From: Octopus sinensis
Lineage: Eukaryota
Direction of reading: 5' to 3'
Assembly (NCBI RefSeq): GCF_006345805.1
Contig: NC_043004.1
Span: 56,358,001 to 56,422,000, forward strand
Length of the DNA: 64,000 nt
A model generated the notes under the pieces. It saw nothing but the letters and a program-made list of their open reading frames with translations. It was not told the origin of the DNA and searched no databases. Shown here piece after piece: positions 15,710 through 28,857 of this stretch. Each line of letters starts with the position of its first letter. Within the stretch, counting starts at the first letter, position 1. Position numbers and translations under genes: made by a program.

Positions 15710-15710
15710 G

Positions 15711-15769
<59 letters not shown>

Positions 15770-16669
15770 TTTGATACTTTGATAGGTTTCGGCCATTATT
15801 GGCCCAGGCCATGTCTAACTTAATAGCACCACCTATATATATATATATATATACTTCGCTTTTCGTAAGCTGCTGATGGAGGCTGCGTGTTTTCTTGCGT
15901 CAACATCTTGTCAACGATGTGTCTCAAAAATGACCATAAACATCGATAATTATATATGTATTAAGCTCAATTTGCAATCACAGCCTTTAGTGTTCAGTCC
16001 GAAGGCAGGTCGTCTTGGGAAAGTGTTCTCTACTGCAGTCCGAGGCTAGCGAATGACTGAGCAGATTCGAAACGCGGAGACTGTGCGGAAATCTGTCGTA
16101 TATGCACACACACACACACACACAGACACACACACTCATAAATAGCTTCTTCACAGTTTCCATCTACCAAATTCTCGAAATGATATTTTCTTTGGGTCTT
16201 TGTATGATCGAGTAAATACATATATACATTCATATTTATGTGCATGTATACATGTAGAAGCAAATACTTATAGTTAGGGTGTTAGGCTTCCGATCATAAA
16301 GTCGTAGGTTCGAATCATATATCAGACGACGATGTGTACCCTTCAGCACTGGACACCGTTTCACTTTTTTCCAGTCTACTCAGCTGAAGCATGTACCAGC
16401 TGGTTGTTTGTGCAGCCGTTTCTACCGTGTCATACTGTCAGCTAGGTGAGACACACACACGCACACGCAGAATATTGCTTTGGTACAATGGTAGAACACC
16501 TGTCATGCCTACGCGTGTGAGTTCGAATCCTGTGGGCTACCTTCGTATTTTTGTATGCAAGTGCGTTTTTCAACCCAGGTTTTGCATGCTATTTTTCATG
16601 ACTTTTATGACTGTGCTCCAAGATAATCCAAAAACCGAATATGTTAGGTTTTTCGAAAATTTGCAATAT

Positions 16670-17056
16670 ACTCTTTTACTCTTTTACTTGTTTCAGTCAT
16701 TTGACTGCGGCCATGCTGGAGCACCGCATTTAGTCGAGCAAATCGACCCCAGGACTTATTCTTTGTAAGCCCAGTACTTATTCTATCGGTCTCTTTTGCC
16801 GAACCGCTAAGTAACGGGGACATAAACACACCAGCATCGGTTGTCAAGCAATGCTAAGGGGACAAACACAGACACACAAACACACACATACATATACATA
16901 TATACGACAGGCTTCTTTCAGTTTCCGTCTACCAAATCCACTCACAAGGCATTGGTCGGCCCGGGGCTATAGCAGAAGACACTTGCCCAAGATGCCACGC
17001 AGTGGGACTGAACCCGGAACCATGTGGTTGGTTAGCAAGCTACTTACCACACAGCC
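16670..17056 (-). mobile_element. tRNA-derived SINE, family 1
   Basis: Near-identical to the 22020 and 30086 copies. Confidence 0.92.
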
Positions 17057-17504
17057 AAGAGAAAAAAATTATTATACAGTGCTCGCAAGTAAGAATAAAC
17101 TTATTAATATGGATACAGAAATACGAACAATTACTTGGGTTCACTGGTTGAACGCCTGTCATAAGTACACATATTTCTTCGTGTTTCACAGTTAGTTTTC
17201 GACATTTTCTTATACCAAAGTATTCTTCGACTCAATACTTACATGCTATTATGTATATAACCTTATGAGTATGCTTCGGGATATTCCAAACATGATTTTA
17301 TATTCATGTTATTCGCGTCAAGTGAGACTAAAATGTTCTCCTTAGGGTTCCTTTGTCCTGATTGATTGTATAAAACTGTAAAAGTATTTTTTTCGTATAT
17401 TTGACGGTATTTTAGTATGCAATCTCTCCGTCGGTGAATGTTCTGTTGTTATACTAGAATTTACTGTAAGAATGGGGAGTTAAATACACGTACATACATA
17501 TATA

Positions 17505-17902
17505 GGCGCAGGTGTGGCTGTGTGGTAAGAAGCTTGCTTTCCAGTCAAGTTTCCGGGTTCAATCCCACTCCGTGCCATTTTGGTCAAGAGTTTTACTATA
17601 GTTTCGGGTCACCCAAAGCCTTGTGGATAGATTTGGGAGACGGAAAGTGAAAGAAGACCATCGTATGTATACATTTATATGTTTATGTGTGTCTTTGTGT
17701 CTGAGTTTGTCCCCCCACCACCATCACTTGACAATCGGTGTTGGTGTGTTTACGTCCCCGCCACTTAGCGGTTCGGCAAAAAGATCGATAAAACAGGTAC
17801 TGGGCTTTAAAAAATAGTCCTGAGGTCGATTTGTTCGATAAAAGCTTTCAAGGTGGTGCTCCGGCATGACCGTAGTCAAATGACTGGAATAAGTATAAGA
17901 AT
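17505..17902 (+). mobile_element. tRNA-derived SINE, family 1 (diverged)
   Basis: Head ggcgcaggtgtggctgtgtggtaag, B-box-like gggttcaatccc, tail aaatgactggaataag. Confidence 0.88.
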
Positions 17903-19334
17903 TGAAGTATATGTCCGTGTGTATGCGTTAATATGAATGTGTGCATGTGTCTGGACACAGCCAATCAAATAGGGGAGTCAGAAGACCATGCAAGAAAAGA
18001 TATTTTGTTTTGCTTTTCTTTCTATCCACATTAATTCTAAGCATGGTTTCTTAAAACTTTGTTACAAAACATACTGAAAATAACGATAAAATTCATATTT
18101 ATTCCTAATACATTCAGATTCGTACGAACAGAAGTATGCTAATCGCTGTTGTGTTAGTCGTCGACCATTTGTTCATAAACCACAAATGAATCTAGTGTCT
18201 TATAAACACAAAGCTGTCGTAAAGGAGATGCTCTCTTCTAACGAAGTCAACATATTTTCGTTCGAATCTGCCAGAACTTATTCAGTATAGATATCCTCGT
18301 CATCGTTTCAATTCTCTCTGTTCACCGTGCAAATAACGATTTATACTCAAAATATTTGTCGTTACTTCCAGCTATACAAAATATATGTCAAGTTAAACAC
18401 CAGTCCATTGTTAAACTACCACGTGATTTTTAATCGATACCCCTGCATAGCTATTGACAATCAGTATGTTTTGTCTTCTACGTTTATATCTCAATTAAAA
18501 ACTCGCTTCATATTCGTACCCGCATAGTTTAAACATTCCTGCTTTTATTTTCTCTCCTGTTTATTTCCTGTGTATCTGCCTCTACTCTTTCCTGTTTAAT
18601 GATGCGCATTAATACAACAGATCTACAGATAAGCGCGAGCGTTTAACATAGTATCTGTCACATCTACCTTTCTTCAATTCTATTGGTTCTGCTTGGTTTT
18701 ATACTGGAGCAAATTATCGATATTAAAAGCCAATGTATATATTGATTTGTACCAAAAGAAACAGAATGCATTCATAACACCACGGAAACTGTGAGAGAAA
18801 GAGAGCGAAAAGAGAGGGTGAGCAATAAAAAGAGAGCCGTTACTTATAGTTCAAAGCAATTGTAATCGATTGGGGTGCTACAGATCAGCCATAAACCTCA
18901 GCTGGTTATTTCCTGGTGTATGTGTGTGTTTTTTTATTGGATGAAATGTACACCGTGAACCCTCTTATTGGCATATGCCTGCACCTTTATTGTATGTATA
19001 TATGAGTGTGTGTGTGTGTGTGTGTCTGTCTTTATCTATGTATCAATGCATCTGTGTATATGTGTCTATGTGTGCGCAAGTGTGTGTGTATATATGTATA
19101 TCAATATATATCTATATCTATGTAAATTTCCCTGTATGTCTCTGTCTATACTGAGTGTGGGAGAGATAGAGATAGGAAGGAAAAAGTGAAGGGGAATATG
19201 AGCCCATAAGCAAAACTTAGGAGTGTGTGTTTTCAGTAACACACATTTTTAGTCTCGGCTTGTAAAAAAGCTAGATGCTGTGTTTCGACCACATTATTTT
19301 TTTCTGTGTAGCCATAAGAAGAGATTAATTTGAC

Positions 19335-19862
19335 AGGTTGATTATTTATAGCCACTTCATCAGTGATCAGTTGCTAATTGCTCCAATCACAGAAAGAACT
19401 ACGTCTCGTGACTATTTATAACATGCGGAAATCGGTTAGAATTAAATTAGTTTCCTAGTAATTCAAATAAGAGTGCAGACGCTTAAAACGGGATTAAATT
19501 GATTGAGACAACGCACGGGGTGAGAATAGGGGTGATGTAAGTTAAAATTACGATTATGTACTTTTAATAAAAACACATTTTTTAAAAGAAAAACCACATG
19601 TTTCCCTTTCTCTGTTCGACGATATAACATGTACAAACTGTATATTTCTAAAGTTACTGCGTATTCATCAGAGATAATTTACTCGTTTTCAGACCGTCAG
19701 AGAAGACTGCAACATATAGCTACCAAAACTAATCATATAGATATTTTCCGAGGTGACAGAGACAAATACATGTTAACTATAGGGTCCCTTTCATAACGAT
19801 GTTAAAAGTTAGGTGTTTACCTTACATCTCAGTTTATCTCAACGTATTTAGTGCTTTTATTA

Positions 19863-19930
<68 letters not shown>

Positions 19931-20200
19931 CATGTCTCTCTCTCTTCTCTCTCTGTGTTTGTGTGTGTGTATATATATATACATACATATATACATACAT
20001 ATACGCAAATAAAGAAACGGCGCTAGTTTCTAATAGGTTGAATTATTTATAACCACTTCATGTGTGATCGGTTGCTAATTGCTCCGATCACAGATGGAAC
20101 AGCACTTGTAGCTATTTATAACATGCACAAATCGGTTAGAATTAAATTAGTCTTCTAGTCATGAAAATAAGAGTGCAGACGCTTAAAACAGGAATAAATT
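19335..20200. repeat. Pair of diverged ~165-bp direct repeats (19335-19500 and 20035-20200)
   Basis: Shared blocks ttgctaattgctcc, aaatcggttagaattaaattagt and aaataagagtgcagacgcttaaaac, offset by 700 bp. Confidence 0.85.
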
Positions 20201-20454
20201 CCTTAATAGAGACAGCACCGTATCTTCACTATAAAAAATAGTCTAATATTAGAGTTTATCAACACCCGTAACAGTAAAAATAGACGTAAATGGGTCTCGA
20301 ATCCATACCTCTTATTTTCGCGATAAGTATGCTGATCAATTACACGAACATACTCACATTTTTTTCTCATTATTGGGCATTATGTGCTCACGCCTAAGTT
20401 TAGTTCGCACGTGTACCACTGCCCGTTTCCTTCACCTTACTGGGATTTATGTGC

Positions 20455-21120
20455 CATGAAATTAGGTTCAAATTTTGGAACAAGGCTTTAAGTTCGTGGG
20501 AAGGAGGTAAGTCGATTACATCAAACCCCAGCGCTCAACTGCTACTTATTTTATCGATTCCGAAAGGATGAAAGGCAAAGTCGACCTCGACAACATTTGA
20601 ACTCAGAATCTGAAGGAGGATGGAGTACCGCAAATATTTTGCCCCTTGCGCTAACGATCCTTATTTCTTTACTGCCCACAAAGGGGCTACACACAGAGGG
20701 GATAAACAAGGACAGACAAATGGATTAAGTCGATTATATCGACCCCAGTGCGTAACTGGTACTTATCTAATCGACCCCGAAAGGATGAAAGCAAAGTCAA
20801 CCTCGGCGGAATTTGAATTCAGAACGTAGCGACAGACGAAATAATGCTAAGCATTTCGCCCATCGTGCTAACGTTTCTGCCAGCTCGCCGCCTTCGCTAA
20901 CGATTCGGCCAACTTACTGCCTTCTTATACGGCCAATTTTCAACCAAGACCAGCAAATTTGGGAGATTGGGTAAGTCGATTACATCGACCCCAGTGCTCA
21001 AATGAAACTTGTTTTATCGACCCCAAATTGATGAAAGGCAAAAATCGACTTCAGCGAAATTTGATTTCAGAAACTAAAGGTGGACGAAATATCGCTAAGC
21101 ATTTTGCTGACACAGTGATG
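20455..21120 (-). mobile_element. Three adjacent copies or fragments of SINE-like family 2
   Basis: The block gtcgattacatcgaccccag...atcgaccccgaaaggatgaaaggcaaagtcgacctcg recurs at ~20510, ~20730 and ~20975. Confidence 0.8.
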
Positions 21121-21688
21121 ATTTTGCCAGTGTGCCGCGTTTTTATAAACCATAATATTAGACTATTTTCTAAACTCAGTGTAGTGCGACACCTTGCAAA
21201 ATTTCACTCGCTTGCGTTTCCTAATTTCCGCAGAACTTGAGCATGTTTACCCATAAATGACTATGAAATCAGAGTTCCTCTCTCTTGACAGGCATGTAAT
21301 CGGTCAGCACACTTATTGCGAAAATTAGATTCTGATATCATTAAGAAAAATATATTCTCAATTATATAAGTAATTGTAGTCTCCTGACTCCGAGAAAGAC
21401 AGTTCTGTAATTTCTTGTTGAATAATCTGCACTACATACGCCAAATCGAAACTACTTGTGCAGGTGCACAGTGTTGCGTCACACAATAAGTGTCGAAGCG
21501 ATCACAGAGCAACTTGAAATGAAATTTTATTTGCGATGAGGTGTTATGCCTAAGAACTCAACACACCGCCTGATCCGGGAATCGAATACACGATTTTGCA
21601 AGTGCAACTTCTTAAGTAGTAGGCCTTGCGCCATCCTCTCTGAATTACAAATATTATATACATATATATATATATATTTATATATATA

Positions 21689-22005
21689 TATCATTAGGGA
21701 CAAAAATCCCCATAAAATTCAACAAATCAGAAGATAAATTCAACCATGTCATAGAATATTACATTTAATACTTACTATTCATGTTCAAAGTTGTCGACCA
21801 CACGTGTTTCATGAGGTTGTATACTGTTCTTGAGACACGCAGTCTATAACAGAATCTCCCCTTATAATCGTATTCAACCTCATGAAACACGCGTAGTCGA
21901 CAACTTTGAACATGAATAGTAAGTATTAAATGTAATATTCTATGACATGGTTGAATTTATCTTCTGATTTGTTGAATTTTATGGGGTTTTCTGTCTCTAA
22001 TGATA
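21689..22005. repeat. Long inverted repeat (arms 21689-21824 and 21870-22005) carrying the 3' half of a hammerhead
   Basis: Arms are near-perfect reverse complements with a 45-nt spacer. Each arm contains GAAA-CACG(T/C)G-T(A/G)-GTCG. Confidence 0.85.
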
Positions 22006-22019
22006 CTTTGATATATATA

Positions 22020-22245
22020 CTCTTACTCTTTTACTCTTTTACTTGTTTCGGTCATTAACTGCGACCATGCTGGAGCACCGCCTTTAGTCGAATAAATCGA
22101 CCCCGGGACTTATTCTTTGTAAGCCCAGTACTTATTCTATCGGTCTCTTTTGCCGAACCGCTAAGTGACGGAGACGTAAACACACCAGCTTCGGTTGTCA
22201 AGCAATGCTAGGGGGACAAACACAGACACACAAACACACACACAC

Positions 22246-22322
<77 letters not shown>

Positions 22323-22466
22323 TACGATAGGCTTCTTTCAGTTTCCGTCTACCAAATCCACTCACAAGGCATTGGTCGGCCCGGGACACTTGCTCAAGAT
22401 GCCACGCAGTGGGACTGAACCCTGAACCATGTGGTTGGTTAGCAAGCTACTTACCACACAGCCACT
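22020..22466 (-). mobile_element. tRNA-derived SINE, family 1
   Basis: Matches other copies; small internal deletion near 22385. Confidence 0.92.
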
Positions 22467-23139
22467 GTATTTATTTATTGAGAAAAATTCAACTTAATAT
22501 TCTTAACTTGAATATCTCATCCCTGTGACGCCGGAATTGATATTCCCTTTTTATTATATATATGTATATATATGAATGTCATATCCAAGGATCAAGGTGT
22601 AGGAAGAAAGTGAGCTTGAAACAATCCGTACATAATATAAAATAACAACTTTCAGGAACAATAGTGGTTTATTGGTGTGGAAAGTTGCGAATTTTTCCCG
22701 TACCGAAGTACGATAAGGTGATAATAAACAAAAAAATTATATTTCGCGGTTGGCACCCAGGGTTACCGGGTATGCGAAAAAACCCCCAAGATTTAAGGAA
22801 TAGAGCAGATAAAATCCGGGCTGCGTATGTTTCATAGCGAGCAAAATCTCAGAAGTAGTAATCATAAAAGCGAGGTATATACCGTAGGCTATTGTTCAGG
22901 CCTAGGGTATCATGATAAACTGAAGTTTTGTTTTCTCATTAGGAGGCCCGCTTTAGCATGTGGAAAATTTGATCAGAATGTAATCTCAAAGACAAAGTAA
23001 ACTTCATATAACCAAGATATCTTTGACCGGAAAAGATACACCTCGCTTGGATATTTATCTTCTTCCGAGGTTCCGCTAGCTATGAAACATATATAGACCG
23101 GATTTTAACTACTCTATTCCTTAACTCTTTGATATATAT

Positions 23140-23295
23140 ACGACGGGATTCTTTGTGTTTCCATCTACCAAATCATCTCGCAAGGCTTTTGTCGGCCCGT
23201 GGCTATAGTAGAATTCTCTTGCACAAGGTGCCACATATTGAGACAGAACCAGGAAAAATGTGGTTGGGAAGCAAGCTTCTTACCATATAGTCACA
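23140..23295 (-). mobile_element. Head fragment of diverged SINE, family 1
   Basis: ctaccaaatc..caaggcttt..gtcggccc..gctatagtagaa..caaggtgccac motifs. Confidence 0.7.
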
Positions 23296-24744
23296 TACTA
23301 AAACATACATAGACATACAGACACGCTAAGAAACATACACACTTGCAATTGATTACATATTATGACTCCACCGCCACACATATGTCTGATCACACGCATA
23401 AACACCTTTATATACACCCTCGCATTTAACACTGAAATGCTATGCAACAAAATGATGGAAGTATTTTAATGTAAATGAGTTCTGACCGGCAATGACAGAA
23501 ATTCCATATATATTTGTATACACACATATATAAAGTCAGAGTACGTGTGTATGTGTCTGTGTATGTGTAAGAGAGAGAGAAAGAGAGGGAGGAGATGAAG
23601 AGAGAGGGAGAGAGATTGATTCATAGATACGTAGCTAGACAAATTTATGTGTGTGTATGAATGTGTGTGTGTGTAAGCGAGTTAAAGGGTGTGAGTGTGT
23701 GCCTGTGTGTTTGTGTGTGTCTATGTAACTGTTTGCGTATCTGTGAGTTTGTGCTTTCCTGGAAGCTTATCTAAGCAAGTTCAAAGAAAAGGAAAGCATA
23801 GAACAAAATAGATAGCCTATATATTCAATACATCAGAAGTCTGTAAAAACGCTTGATCCAACATTATGTTGTCATCTCAGTCAGTAAACTCCAGACAGGA
23901 TCTTATTTCTGCTTGAAATTATTTCACTTGAAATTTTATAGTGCTAAATGTTTGAATATGTCAGCAAACTATTAATGTCATCATATGCGAATTACATTCT
24001 CAGAAATTTTCAAGCTACCGGTCTGTTTTAGAATTTATTTAATACTGAATGCATGTGAGAGGAAGAACACGAATCCAACAATACCAACACTAGTAACTAC
24101 AACCACAAAAACAGTTATAACGAGAGCAATTATAACATAACAAAATAAACAACAAGAATATTATCTAGAGAGAGAGGATTATAAATGTTGGCTAAGCCTC
24201 GTTAGTGTAACATTTAATGTTTCGGTTTTTTTTTTTGCATCGTCAGAGATAGGAAACAAACTGTTATAAGGGCGAGTAAAAGATTTTTCGCCGTGCCAGA
24301 AGTTGGCACAGCGAAGTGAAGTTCTTTTATATAGTACACAGTTCACTAGGAGATTTCTTTTTTAATGCTCTGTATATATGGAATTCTGGACAGTCTGAAG
24401 GCCGACGAGATGCACTGTTCAGTTAGAAGGTGAGGTTTGCGGGAGACGCATTGTTTAGAGACGGAAAGTTAGAAGTATGATTTTCTGGCGAAAATGGAGA
24501 GGGTAAATCAGTTATTGTGAAGCCTGAGGATAGTAGTGGTGGAATCGCTATGGTTGACACAAGATAGGGAAACCATTGGCTTAAGTATTCCCGAGGAAGG
24601 TAGCATGCTACCACTATGGTCTCTGCAGTAATGACCACGGTTTTTTAGTCTATCGAGTCTGACAATGACGTTTCTGCAATTTCTTGTACTGATAATTTAT
24701 TTACAGTGTTCAGTGGTAAGTTGCACTCGTAAATGTCTGCTAAT

Positions 24745-25012
24745 ACGTAAGACTATTCAGCTATGCTTGAAATTAACGCTCTAACTACTGACAGTAGACT
24801 TCAGCAATTCAAAGTGAATTACTCCTTTGCAATCCCACCAAATAGAGAGAAGAACCTTTTTACCATGAAGTTTGCATCTCGCTTGTGGTTGAGCTTTTTC
24901 CCTTTTACCAAGCCACAGTTTACGACGTTCAACATTCTGATAGAAGATCCATTTTTCGTCACCAGTCACAAGTCTATTCAAAAAGGGTGAAATAAATTCA
25001 CGAGAATGGAGA
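24745..25012 (-). mobile_element. Mariner/Tc1 transposase fragment
   Basis: Minus-strand peptide FLNRLVTGDEKWIFYQN...KVLLSIWWDCKGVIHFELL is the first-catalytic-Asp region of mariner transposases. Truncated at both ends. Confidence 0.88.
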
Positions 25013-25029
25013 GAAAAGCAGATTTGAGT

Positions 25030-25806
25030 AACTTCAGACAAACCATCTTCGACATCCAGTAATAACGAATTCGAAACATACGAATGAGGCTCCGCATCCT
25101 CCCCTGTCCACCCACGTGAGTTATAGAGCAACAAATTCCTACAGAAGAATCTGTAGTTTATTATCAGGGAGAGAATTATAATGTCAATAATAATAAAGGG
25201 TAAAATTAATTAATTAATTAGTAATTAATAATTTTACCAAGCAGTGTTCAGTATGTAAAGGATCATTTACGGTAAACTTAAACATTTCTTTATATAATTA
25301 GGGTTCATCAAAAAAATTTGCTTTACCAAATACCGAACTTTTAGGAACAGCATTAATTAATTAATTTTACCCTTTATTATTGTTGCTCTATAACTCATGT
25401 GGGTGGACAGGGGACGATGCGGAGCCTCATTCGTACGGTTTGAATTCGTTAGTACTGGGTGTGGAAGATGGTTTGTCTGAAGTCATTCAAATCAGTTGGG
25501 TATGTTCGATTTTTAGTGCTCTCAAATTTAATGAAGTCATTGTGTTGATGACGGGAATGTTAGAATAGGGATGTATTTCTAGCATCTCTATATCTGACTA
25601 ACCCAGAAACGTGTTCACAAGTAATCAAATTTCGAGTGAACTTTCGTTATTTTTCCCTCTATGCCTACGTGAATTGTTTTTGAGTATACATTGTCTGGGA
25701 GACTCTTCTTATAGTAGAAGAAATAGCTAAATTCTTTGGCTGCTATTTCTAAAAGTTCGGTATGCGGTAAAGCAATTTCTTTTTGCTGAACCCTAATTAT
25801 ATCAAG

Positions 25807-25808
<2 letters not shown>
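25030..25808 (+). mobile_element. Second member of the 583-nt retrozyme-like family, with an inverted 5' segment
   Basis: Shares blocks with 10558-11338 (aattaattaattt.accct, ttgaatt....tactgg, tagtagaa.aaatagcta, gctatttctaaa.ttcgg). 25030-25345 is an inverted partial copy of the same unit. Ends in (TA)n. Confidence 0.75.
25540..25620 (+). ncRNA. Type I hammerhead motif, degenerate (U3/G8)
   Basis: TTGTG-TTGATGA-CGGG...CCCA-GAAA-CGTG-TT/CACAA. 5-bp helix I, C3U change and a mismatch at the base of helix II. Confidence 0.6.
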
Positions 25809-25809
<1 letters not shown>

Positions 25810-25870
<61 letters not shown>

Positions 25871-25955
25871 CTATGTATTTATATATATCTATGTATATAT
25901 ATATATACATACATAAAAACATACGCATACACGCACACACGCACACACACACACA

Positions 25956-26050
<95 letters not shown>
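25810..26050. repeat. (TA)n-(CA)n-(TA)n microsatellites
   Basis: Direct reading. Confidence 0.95.
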
Positions 26051-26052
<2 letters not shown>

Positions 26053-26730
26053 GCACACATATGTATGTATATGTATGTATGCGTGTGTGCGATTTTTTTC
26101 TTTCCTTTTGATTTACTTTTTGCAACCATAACTGGTAGAAAAGACGTGTCTCATTTAATCTGCTGCATTATTGGAGATTTTCATTTTAAAAATAAAGTAA
26201 CCAAAATACTAGCCATCTTTTCATATTAAAATCACATAAAATATTTTTCTCTGTTTCTACTCAACAAATTCATTTCTTCGTCATCCTTTTTTCATCCGTT
26301 TATTGAACCAAATCCTCGTCTACTTCTTCACTTCCTATTATCAAATCTGTCTCACATTCTCAGTGTCTCTCCATTTATCCACCTCATTTTCTTGATTTTT
26401 ATTTTACCATTTAGATAATCTCTCCCTCTCTCTTTTTCTTTTTCTTTTTCTCTGTATGTTTGTCTGAGTGTCTGATTATTTCTGTCTTTCTCTCTGTCTG
26501 TCTCTGTCTCTCGCTGTCTCACCCCTCTCTCTCTCTCTCTCTCTCTCTTTCTGTTGTCTTTTAATAAAAAATATTTCATAACTTTTTACCGTTTGTCTTG
26601 TGCTACGATTTCTATTTTGCTGTTGCCTCCCTGTTATACACTCTCTATAATTTCAGAATATCTATTTCACTTCAAATCCTATTGTTTCTCTTAATACCTC
26701 TAATTCTCTTACTTTTTTCTGTCCGTCCGT

Positions 26731-26795
<65 letters not shown>

Positions 26796-27660
26796 TATTT
26801 CTCTCGTTTCCATAGAATAACGTTTTATAATTACTTCAATTACCGTCAAATATTCTCACAGAGGACTCCTTAATGCCAATGCAGATACATTGATATTCAC
26901 AACACATAGTTGAAGTTATTATTTAGCTTTCCCATGGCATAATATATAGTGACTGATTCATACAACAGTTACAAGAGTAGACACAAACATGCTCCTGTAT
27001 CTAACTTTACATACCATTGCTTCATCTCAAGTTATAAACAGACACCCTAACGTAGTTTAGTTCCCTATACTTCGTTCTGTTTTATGTATCATATATCATT
27101 CTCTTTTAGTTTATATTCGGTACATGCATCTTAGTTTATTCCGCACAAACATGATTTAGTTGATCGTATATCCTTGTTTTTCAAAGATAATAATTCCAGT
27201 AAGTTTGAATATCATTTAAAAGTAAAGTAATATATTTTATATCTATTCCATTTTGTTTTGATTCAATCTAGGATTGGTGTGAGAAAGTACACCTATGATT
27301 ACAGGCCTCACCCATCAACTACATGATCCGATATCTATTTAAATACTGTATATTAAGGACTACGGTATTCGATGTGCTGCTTTAAAAAATACATAAGACA
27401 TGGTTTGAGCAAGATATATCTGCTCTTTGTTGCAGGTCAAGCAAGCAGGCAGACGTTTATAGGTGGCCGTTATATTGTAATAATCCCTACAGTTGTAATG
27501 AAATTATAGGCTTATAATTGTAAGAAAGTTAAAAGTTATAGGTATATGTTCGTATCTGACTATATGGAAGCGTGTATGTATAGTGTGATTTTCCTTCGAG
27601 TTTCATTTCTTCTCGAGAGAGTTCAAGTTAGTTCCTAACAAAGGAACAAGCCATTTTATG

Positions 27661-27708
<48 letters not shown>

Positions 27709-27839
27709 ATAAATGTATAAGTGGGCAGAGATAAATCTGTGTGTATGCGTGTCTGTATAAGCGTGTATATGTCGGTGGGTGTTACTATGTATATGTACGT
27801 ATGTGGTTGAGTTGGTGTGGTGGTTGAACTGTTAATGCA

Positions 27840-28070
27840 TACACCTAAGTGTGTACATCTATCAACACCAGAGTCTTATACGGAGAATTTTGGGAATGCC
27901 ACGCAAACTTTCACTATACCACCAATAGATTGGATCTGAAGAATCCGCTTTGGTTTATGTTGCTCATTATCCACGATATCGAGTATTTCTCGGTCTTTGT
28001 GCAAATTTATTGTTACATGGCCTAATGCACCTATGATGACAGATACAAATGAAAATTCATAACCAGGGTA
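27840..28070 (-). mobile_element. 3'-end fragment of an RLE-type (R4/Dong-like) LINE
   Basis: Peptide YPGYEFSFVSVIIGALGHVTINL resembles the ..PI(I/T)VGALG.. C-terminus of the RLE ORF at 54 kb. Confidence 0.5.
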
Positions 28071-28104
28071 TTTATGTATGTATGTATGTATGTATGTATG
28101 TATG

Positions 28105-28135
<31 letters not shown>

Positions 28136-28233
28136 TTATACCTTTATGTATTTAGATACTGTGTGTATGCATATGCCTATGTGCTTCATTCAAATAGTTT
28201 ATATTTAGTGAAATCTACCGAAAAGCAGTTAAA

Positions 28234-28464
28234 CTAAAAAAGTTGTTCATGTTTAGATATGTTGGTTTGATTCCGTCTCATTTTTTTATTCAGAGTATCC
28301 ATCATCTTAGATGTGGTTTCTTTGTTAACGGTGTTATTTTTCTCTGATAAAAGGGCGCCATTTACTGAATTAGACATATATTCCGTGGCGACATTCCAGT
28401 AGACTAAGAACAAAAAAATTGAAACTGGCAGAAATATAGCACGTCTTCTTTCATTTAGCAACAT
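28234..28464 (-). CDS. Candidate short ORF or exon with a type II signal-anchor layout (unverified)
   Basis: Non-repetitive 76 aa: basic RRR, hydrophobic AIFLPVSIFLFLVYW, then a polar stem with N-glycosylation sequons (NNT, NQT, NIS). No downstream exons identified. Confidence 0.3.
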   Translation of the reverse strand: MLLNERRRAIFLPVSIFLFLVYWNVATEYMSNSVNGALLSEKNNTVNKETTSKMMDTLNKKMRRNQTNISKHEQLF

Positions 28465-28810
28465 ACATTTTCATAAATATATCTCATAGGTAAATGTGCT
28501 TGGAATAAGTTCTGAGAAATGCTCATAGTAACACCCACCGATATGTACACACTTATACATATATACGAACACACACAGATTTATGTCTGCCTAAACAGAG
28601 AAACCTATATACATATATATGTCCTTTTATGAACTTATACATTTATGATATCTCTCTCTCCCCTTCTCTCTCTCTCCACAAACATATATATATATATACA
28701 TACATATGCATAGTTATGTATACGCATATATTATATATATATATATTATATATATGCATATATATGTGTGTGTGTGTATATATATATGTGTATATATATA
28801 TATACATATA

Positions 28811-28854
<44 letters not shown>

Positions 28855-28857
<3 letters not shown>

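Noticed and set aside
16474-16545. tRNA-Gly-like stretch (tggtagaa...gttcgaatcc)
   Set aside because: Acceptor and anticodon stems do not pair; a decayed SINE head or pseudogene, not a tRNA gene.
19270-19350. Minus-strand CTGATGA with a downstream GAAA
   Set aside because: Helices I and II do not form.
24423-24638. 71-aa ORF beside the mariner fragment
   Set aside because: No transposase or other motifs; neighbouring frames are stop-ridden.
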